A stretch of 64,000 bases of DNA from an uncultured Acidobacteriota bacterium (lineage in GTDB: Bacteria; Acidobacteriota; Vicinamibacteria; Vicinamibacterales; SCN-69-37): contig CAVVUL010000013.1 of NCBI GenBank assembly GCA_963751445.1, positions 5,552-69,551 of the forward strand. The letters are read 5' to 3'. This document shows positions 57,831 through 64,000 of this stretch, piece after piece. A program made the translations under genes and the position numbers. Numbering within the stretch: the stretch's first letter is position 1; every line of letters starts with the position of its first letter. The notes under the pieces are model-generated. The model was not told where the DNA came from and ran no database searches. It saw only the letters and a program-made list of their open reading frames with translations.

Positions 57831-59668
57831 CGATGGCGGGCGGCGCAACGCCGGCGAGCGTCCTGCTCCCGGTGCTCGAACAATATTGGGGCTACACCTC
57901 GTTCCGGCCGCTGCAGCGGGAGGCCATGGAGGCGGTGATCGAGGGGCGAGATTCCCTGCTCGTGCTGCCGACCGGCGGGGGCAAGTCGATCTGTTTTCAA
58001 GCGCCGGCGCTCATCAAGGACGGGCTCGCCGTTGTCGTCTCGCCGCTGATTTCGTTGATGAAGGATCAGGTGGACACGCTCGTCGGCAACGGCGTGCCGG
58101 CCGCCTGCTTCCACAGTGCGCTCACGCCCGACGAAAAGAGCCGCGTCATGTCCGGTCTTCGCGAGGGCCGGTTCCGCCTGCTCTACGTGGCGCCCGAACG
58201 GCTGGTGGGGGAGGGCGGCGAGAGCTTCACGGGTCTGGTCGGGCGGCGTCCCGTCAGCTTCGTCGCCGTGGACGAGGCGCACTGCATCAGCCAGTGGGGC
58301 CACGATTTCCGGCCGGAGTACCGGCAACTGGCGCAGTTGCGCGATCGCTGGCCCGACATCAGCCTGCACGCGTACACCGCGACCGCGACCGAGCGCGTGC
58401 GACGCGACATCGTCTCGCAACTGGGACTGCGGCAGGCTGTCCAACTCGTCGGCTCGTTCGATCGGCCCAACCTGGTGTACCGCGTGCTGCCGCGCGGCAC
58501 GCTGAAGAAGCAACTCACCGATGTGCTCGCGCGCCATCGCCAGCAGTCGGGCATCGTCTACTGCCAGTCACGCCGCGAAGTGGACGCGCTCGCAGCCTGG
58601 CTGTCGGAGAACGGCGTCCGTGCGGTGCCGTACCACGCCGGTTTGGAAGACGACGTGCGGCATCGCAATCAGGACGCGTTCCTGAACGAGGACGTCGAGG
58701 TCGTCGTCGCCACCGTGGCGTTCGGGATGGGCATCGATCGATCCGACGTGCGATACGTCGTGCATGCCGGCGCGCCCCAGTCGCTCGAGCACTACCAGCA
58801 GGAATCCGGCCGGGCGGGTCGCGACGGCCTCGAGGCGGAATGCGTGCTCATCTATTCCGGCGGCGATTTCGCCCGCTGGCGCGCGATGTTCGAGCAGAAC
58901 GGCGAATGGAACGACGCGAAGCGGACGTTGCTCCGGGACATGGAGCGGTACGCCGCGAGCGTCGGCTGCCGGCATCGCCGCCTGGTCGGCTACTTCGGCG
59001 AGCGCTACGGCAAGGACGACTGCGGCGCCTGCGACTTCTGCCTCGGAGAACTGGAGGCCATCGCCGACCCGTCGACCGTGGCACGCAAGATCCTCTCGAC
59101 CGTCGCGCGCGTCGGCCAGCGCTTCGGCGCCGCGCACGTCACGAACATCCTCCGCGGCAGCGAAAGCGAAGGCGTCGTCTCGCGCGGGCACAACACCCTG
59201 AGTGTCTTCGGCCTGTTCGGCGACGCCACGGTCGATGAAGTCCGCGGCTACATCGATCAACTTATCGCCCACGAACTGCTGCGGCAGACCGAGGACCAGT
59301 TTCCGGTGCTGCAACTGACGGCCGACGGCGTCGCGTTGATGAAAGATGCGGCGGCGTCGCCCGATCTCGCGCTGGCCCGGCAGAAGAAGCCGGAGAAGGG
59401 CAAGCCTCAGCCGAAGTCACGGGCGGAAGCGGCCTCATGGGCAGGCGTCGATCGCGAACTGTTCGATGCGTTGCGCCAGCTCAGGATGGAGATTGCCCGT
59501 GCCCGCCGTGTGCCGCCCTACGTCGTGTTCCACGACACCACGCTGCGCGAACTGGCCCGGCTGAAACCGGCGACCGCGGCCGACCTGCGGCACGTCTACG
59601 GCATCGGAGACAAGAAGGCGGCAGACTTGGGGGAGAAGATCTTGGAAGTGATTCGCACGCACGCGTGA
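57827..59668 (+). CDS. recQ: ATP-dependent DNA helicase RecQ
   Basis: PTGGGKS, DEAHCISQWGHDFR, YQQESGRAGRDG, Zn-binding cysteines, RQC and HRDC domains. Confidence 0.96.
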   Translation: MTMAGGATPASVLLPVLEQYWGYTSFRPLQREAMEAVIEGRDSLLVLPTGGGKSICFQAPALIKDGLAVVVSPLISLMKDQVDTLVGNGVPAACFHSALTPDEKSRVMSGLREGRFRLLYVAPERLVGEGGESFTGLVGRRPVSFVAVDEAHCISQWGHDFRPEYRQLAQLRDRWPDISLHAYTATATERVRRDIVSQLGLRQAVQLVGSFDRPNLVYRVLPRGTLKKQLTDVLARHRQQSGIVYCQSRREVDALAAWLSENGVRAVPYHAGLEDDVRHRNQDAFLNEDVEVVVATVAFGMGIDRSDVRYVVHAGAPQSLEHYQQESGRAGRDGLEAECVLIYSGGDFARWRAMFEQNGEWNDAKRTLLRDMERYAASVGCRHRRLVGYFGERYGKDDCGACDFCLGELEAIADPSTVARKILSTVARVGQRFGAAHVTNILRGSESEGVVSRGHNTLSVFGLFGDATVDEVRGYIDQLIAHELLRQTEDQFPVLQLTADGVALMKDAAASPDLALARQKKPEKGKPQPKSRAEAASWAGVDRELFDALRQLRMEIARARRVPPYVVFHDTTLRELARLKPATAADLRHVYGIGDKKAADLGEKILEVIRTHA

Positions 59669-59674
59669 GGATCA

Positions 59675-59789
59675 GTTCACACGGAGGCACGGAGTAACGG
59701 AGGCACGGAGAAGTGATCTTGAAGGGCTCCAGCCTGCGTGCCGAAACCAAAAGAGAAGATCTTCTCCGTCGCTCCGCGCCTCCGTGTGA
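59675..59789. repeat. Family A palindromic element, copy 4
   Basis: GTTCACACGGAGGCACGGAGTAACGGAGGCACGGAG ... CTCCGTCGCTCCGCGCCTCCGTGTGA, between convergent genes. Confidence 0.88.
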
Positions 59790-59805
59790 GATGACCTCCG
59801 CGACC

Positions 59806-60120
59806 TCATCTGTGCTTTTTCACAAATACGAGTCGGCTGATCTGCCTCCACTCACGCCGCAAGGTCTGTCGGTCTTCCTTGGACAGTGTGCCGTCCGCGC
59901 GCAGCTGCTTGGCTTCGGCCCGGAAGGCCTCCAGACGCTGTCGGATCTCCGCGCGCTCGTCGGGGGTAATCTGACCTGACTTGACGCCCTGGCGGATGCG
60001 CTTCGCCATCAACGTCTTCTGCGCGTTGACCCGAACTTCCGGCCGTGGCTTCGTCTGGGCCGCCACGGGCCCGGCCAGCGTCACGCCAATCACCAGGGCG
60101 GCTGTAATATGCTTCAGCAT
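59806..60120 (-). CDS. Small secreted helical protein of unknown function
   Basis: Signal peptide, GGAGG RBS, duplicated G.IT..E/GTLS..D helical motif. Confidence 0.7.
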   Translation of the reverse strand: MLKHITAALVIGVTLAGPVAAQTKPRPEVRVNAQKTLMAKRIRQGVKSGQITPDERAEIRQRLEAFRAEAKQLRADGTLSKEDRQTLRREWRQISRLVFVKKHR

Positions 60121-60152
60121 CTTGGTGCCTCCGTGTCTGGGTTCCTGTTTAC

Positions 60153-60181
60153 TTGGACCGCCAGGGGCGGCCAGAGGTTAC
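60153..60181 (-). promoter_or_regulatory. Putative ECF-sigma promoter
   Basis: Minus strand GTAACC-N17-GTCCAA (AAC...GTC pattern), about 30 bp before the ATG. Confidence 0.45.
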
Positions 60182-60204
60182 GCCACCGCCATCGGCACTG
60201 ACGC

Positions 60205-61341
60205 ATGAATTCCTCCGACGACCTGAACCGTCTTGCGGCGGCGCTCTCCGCCGAGCCGCCCGGCCCGTCGGCCGCCGGGGCCGGTCTCATGGGCTGGCTG
60301 TCGGTCATGGCCGACCGCGAGGCCAGCGACCTGATCCTCGTCGCCGGCGAGCCGCCGACCCTCCGGATTGACGGACGCCTGGTGCGATCGAGCGGCCCGG
60401 TGCTGGACGGCGACGACGTGTTCGAGCTGGTGGCGCCGGAACTGGCGCCGCACGCCCAGCGGGCGTTCAAGGCGCACGGGATCGCCGACGCCGCCATCAA
60501 GGTGCCCGGGCTCGGCCGGTTTCGCGTGAATCTGCACCACGAACGCGGCCGCGTGGCGGCCACGATCCGACGGCTCCCGACCCAGGTGCCGGCGCTGGCC
60601 TCGCTCAACCTGCCGCCTGGAACCGAATTGCTTTCGCGGCTGCCGCGCGGTCTCGTCCTCGTGGGCGGGGCCACCGGCTCCGGCAAGACGACCACGCTCG
60701 CGGCCATCGTGGATGACATCAACCGGCGCGACGAGAAACACATCATCACGATTGAGGATCCGATCGAGTACGAGCACACGAACCGGAAGAGCCTGATCCA
60801 GCACATGGAGATCGGGACGGACGCGCCGGACTTTCCGACGGCGCTCCGGTCGGCGCTGCGGCAGGCGCCGGACGTCATCGTGGTGGGTGAGATGCGCGAC
60901 CCGGAAACGATGAAGATCGCGGTCGCGGCGGGTGAAACGGGCCATCTCGTGCTGTCCACGCTGCACACGACGGACGTGCCGTCCACCATCGCGCGGATGA
61001 CCGATTCCTTTCCGCCGGAACGGCAGCCGACGATTCGCCAGGAAATCGCCGCCGCGCTGTCGGCCGTGTTCGTGCAGATGCTGCTCCCGTCGGCGTCGGG
61101 CGGTCGCGTGCCGGCTGCGGAGCTGCTGATGCTGCAATACGGCGCGCGGCAGCACATCCGCCGCAACACGCTCCACCAACTGCACCAGGAGATCACGATG
61201 TCGCGCCGGTACGGGTCGTTCACGCTCGAGGAGTGCCTCGCCAGGCTCGTCACGCGCGGCGTGGTGGAACGCGGGGAAGCGGCCCTGCGCGTGAATCATC
61301 TCGACGACTTCGAGTCCGCGCTCGGAGTCGCAGGCCGCTGA
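60205..61341 (+). CDS. pilT: PilT/PilU family type IV pilus ATPase
   Basis: ASDLIL, RFRVN, GATGSGKTTT, ITIEDPIEY, ALRQAPDVIVVGEMRD, ETGHLVLSTLHT. Confidence 0.85.
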   Translation: MNSSDDLNRLAAALSAEPPGPSAAGAGLMGWLSVMADREASDLILVAGEPPTLRIDGRLVRSSGPVLDGDDVFELVAPELAPHAQRAFKAHGIADAAIKVPGLGRFRVNLHHERGRVAATIRRLPTQVPALASLNLPPGTELLSRLPRGLVLVGGATGSGKTTTLAAIVDDINRRDEKHIITIEDPIEYEHTNRKSLIQHMEIGTDAPDFPTALRSALRQAPDVIVVGEMRDPETMKIAVAAGETGHLVLSTLHTTDVPSTIARMTDSFPPERQPTIRQEIAAALSAVFVQMLLPSASGGRVPAAELLMLQYGARQHIRRNTLHQLHQEITMSRRYGSFTLEECLARLVTRGVVERGEAALRVNHLDDFESALGVAGR

Positions 61342-62456
61342 TGGTCCAGCCGGGTTCAGCGCCGTCGGCCGCGCGCCGATGGCTCGTCCTCATCCTGGTC
61401 CTGGTCGTGGAGTTCGCGGCACTCGAGGCCGGGCTCCGCGTCTACGGCGCGTCTGAGGGCACCACCACCTTCCAGTCGCTGTTCACGTCCGACCCGCACG
61501 TCGGCGTCCGGTTGCGGCCCGGCGCGCACATTCGCTATACGACGGTCGAATTCACCACCGACATTGCCGTCAATGCGCAGGGCGTGCGCGACGACGAGCC
61601 GCTGGGGCCGAAGCCGCCGGGCGAGCGGCGCATCGTCGTGCTCGGCGATTCGCTCGTGCTGTCGGTGCAGGTCGAACTGGCGGAGACCTTCTGCAAGAAC
61701 CTCGAACGCCGGCTGAACGCGCACGGCGGGCCCGACCACTGGCGGGTCATCAACGGCGGCGTGCAGGGCTACGGTCCGGTGCAGGAGTGGTTCTTCTTCG
61801 ACAAATACGGCGCGGCGTTTCAGCCGGACGTCGTGCTGATTGTGGCGTTCGTCGGCAACGACGCGATTGAAGCGGCGGATGCCGCGTCGGCGCTCGAAGC
61901 CGGGCGCCCTCCGGAGGATCAGCAACCGGCGCTGAACCAGATGCGCCGCCTGGTGCGCTCCAGCATCGTCATGCAGTACGTGCGGATGCGGTGGGACCAG
62001 TTGAGCGGCCGGTTCGCCACGGGCACGCCGGAGCGGCCGCTCATCAGCTACCTGTCGGATCCGCCGCCGATCCTGCAGCAGGGCCTGGAGGTCAGCCGGC
62101 GCGCGTTTCAGTTGATCGCCGATCGCGCGCGCGGCGTCGGCGCGCGCACGGGCATCGTGCTGATGCCCGCGCGGTTCCAGACCGACGACCCCGACTACGG
62201 CCGGCTGGCCGAGATCGTGAAGAGCGCCGGCGGCACGCTGGTCCGCAACTCGGCGTCGGAGCGATTTCAGTCTGCGCTCGCGCCCATCGGCGCGCCGATG
62301 ATCGATTTGCAGCCCATCCTGGCCGCCCAGCCGGACCGCATCGGCCTGTTCTTCCAGCGCAACGTCCACCTGACGCCGCGCGGCCATGACGTCGTCGCCG
62401 GCGCGCTCTTCGACTTCCTCGAGGCCAACGGCCTCACGGGGCCGGTGGGCCGATGA
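61341..62456 (+). CDS. Membrane-anchored SGNH/GDSL hydrolase (AlgX/AlgJ-like)
   Basis: LGDS, NGGVQGYG, GND, NVHLTPRGH; adjacent to an MBOAT gene. Confidence 0.82.
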   Translation: MVQPGSAPSAARRWLVLILVLVVEFAALEAGLRVYGASEGTTTFQSLFTSDPHVGVRLRPGAHIRYTTVEFTTDIAVNAQGVRDDEPLGPKPPGERRIVVLGDSLVLSVQVELAETFCKNLERRLNAHGGPDHWRVINGGVQGYGPVQEWFFFDKYGAAFQPDVVLIVAFVGNDAIEAADAASALEAGRPPEDQQPALNQMRRLVRSSIVMQYVRMRWDQLSGRFATGTPERPLISYLSDPPPILQQGLEVSRRAFQLIADRARGVGARTGIVLMPARFQTDDPDYGRLAEIVKSAGGTLVRNSASERFQSALAPIGAPMIDLQPILAAQPDRIGLFFQRNVHLTPRGHDVVAGALFDFLEANGLTGPVGR

Positions 62457-63877
62457 TCTTCACGTCGCTGCACTTCGTCGTGTTCTTCGCGGTCGTGTAC
62501 GCGCTCTACCGCGCGCTGCCGCACCGCGGCCAGAACCTGATGTTGCTGGCCGCGAGCTACTACTTCTACGGGTCGTGGGACTGGCGCTTCCTGAGCCTGC
62601 TGCTCGGATCGACCATCGTCGACTACCTCGTCGGCCGCTACCTCGGGCGCGAGACCGACCCGCGCAAGCGGCGCCTCGCCCTCATTCTGAGCCTCGTCTT
62701 CAACTTCGGGATGCTCGGCTTCTTCAAGTATTTCAACTTCTTCGAAGGCAGCCTGGTGGCGATCGCGGGCCGCGTCGGCTGGCATCTCGATCCGCTCACG
62801 CTCGACGTGATCCTGCCGATTGGCATTTCGTTCTACACGTTCATGACTGTGAGTTACGTCATCGACGTGTACCGCCGCGACATCACGCCGACCACGCATC
62901 CGCTGGATTTTGCGTTGTTCGTGGCGTACTTCCCGCACCTGGTCGCCGGGCCCATTCTGCGGGCGTCGCTGCTCCTGCCGCAGATCGAGCGGCCGCGCAC
63001 GATCACCCGCGAGCAGATCGTGAGCGGGTTGTGGCTCATCGGCTGGGGCTGTTTCCAGAAGATGTTCGTCGCGGACAATCTGGCGCCGCTCGTGGACACC
63101 GTGTTCGGGCCGTCGGCGACGCCGCATGGCGCGGACATCCTGGTGGCGGCCTGGGCGTTCGCGTTCCAGATCTACGGCGACTTCGCCGGCTATTCGAACA
63201 TCGCGCGCGGCACCTCGAAGCTGATGGGCATCGAGCTCAACGTCAACTTCCTCTTCCCGTACTTCGTGATGTCGCCGCAGGCGTTCTGGCGCAACTGGCA
63301 CATCAGCCTGTCCACCTGGCTTCGCGACTACCTCTACATTTCGCTGGGCGGAAACCGCCACGGATCGTGGAAGACGCACCGCAATCTGATGATCACCATG
63401 GCCCTGGGCGGCTTGTGGCACGGCGCGGCCTGGACGTTCGTCATCTGGGGCGTCTATCAGGGGCTGGTGCTGGTGGTGGCGCGCGTGATTGCGCGCTGGT
63501 CCGCGCGGGCCGGCATCGTCATCCGCGACGGCTTCAGCCTGCCGCGCCTGGCGCTGGGCGTCGTGATGTTCAACGTGACGTGCTACGGCTGGCTGATCTT
63601 CCGCGCGGACTCTTGGCGGCAGCTGGTGTCATTCACGCGTCTGCTGTTCACCGACTTCCAGCCCACCCTCGCCACGGTGGATTCGCTGCTCGTGCCCATG
63701 CTGCAGGTCGTGGCGCCGCTCATGGTCGTGCATGCCTACCAGGCGCGAAAGGGCAGCGAGACGGCGCCGATGGAGTTGCCGCTAGTGGCTCGCTACGCGC
63801 TGTATGCCGCGGTCTTCTACCTGGTGCTGCTGTTCGGGGATTTCGAGGGGGCCCAGTTTATCTATTTCCAGTTCTGA
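62453..63877 (+). CDS. MBOAT O-acyltransferase (AlgI/DltB-like)
   Basis: LPIGISFYTF, FPHLVAGPI, QIYGDFAGYS, FWRNWHISLSTW, GLWHGA, FIYFQF. Confidence 0.94.
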   Translation: MIFTSLHFVVFFAVVYALYRALPHRGQNLMLLAASYYFYGSWDWRFLSLLLGSTIVDYLVGRYLGRETDPRKRRLALILSLVFNFGMLGFFKYFNFFEGSLVAIAGRVGWHLDPLTLDVILPIGISFYTFMTVSYVIDVYRRDITPTTHPLDFALFVAYFPHLVAGPILRASLLLPQIERPRTITREQIVSGLWLIGWGCFQKMFVADNLAPLVDTVFGPSATPHGADILVAAWAFAFQIYGDFAGYSNIARGTSKLMGIELNVNFLFPYFVMSPQAFWRNWHISLSTWLRDYLYISLGGNRHGSWKTHRNLMITMALGGLWHGAAWTFVIWGVYQGLVLVVARVIARWSARAGIVIRDGFSLPRLALGVVMFNVTCYGWLIFRADSWRQLVSFTRLLFTDFQPTLATVDSLLVPMLQVVAPLMVVHAYQARKGSETAPMELPLVARYALYAAVFYLVLLFGDFEGAQFIYFQF

Positions 63878-63900
63878 CAAGGAGGCCACGGAGAAGGCCT

Positions 63901-64000
63901 TTCACACGGAGACACGGAGGGACGGAGGCACGGAGCGGTTCATTCTTTGGGGTTTCTGCACGCGGGCTTCCGCACGTCCAAGAAGATCTCTCCGCGCCTC
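63901..64000. repeat. Family A palindromic element, copy 5 (truncated by window end)
   Basis: TTCACACGGAGACACGGAGGGACGGAGGCACGGAG, core, then start of the right arm CTCCGCGCCTC. Confidence 0.85.

Overview
High-GC bacterial chromosome segment. Gene content (tandem Ser/Thr kinase-TolB proteins, PEGA protein, TamB/BamA pair, sigma54 two-component system) suggests Acidobacteriota, probably Vicinamibacteria; this is inference only. From left to right: nadD-obgE-rpmA-rplU; dprA-topA-trmFO-xerC; a cytoplasmic PAS kinase plus NtrC-type activator behind a sigma54 promoter; an ABC-F ATPase; an ECF sigma/ZAS anti-sigma operon; hslVU through a TamB-BamA/TamA envelope cluster; a roughly 14-kb glycosylation region; class II RNR nrdJ with tandem NrdR boxes; two kinase-TolB paralogues; GH92; recQ; pilT; and an SGNH+MBOAT pair. 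Many genes, including essential ones, are split by single-base indels, most simply read as long-read consensus errors. No tRNA, rRNA, CRISPR array or transposase was recognised. The most unusual signal is non-coding: at least seven sequence-unrelated families of small palindromic or short-period repeat elements. Most have arms built of 7-9-bp tandem units, usually inverted around a core. They sit against stop codons, and two appear inside variable loops of xerC and trmFO.
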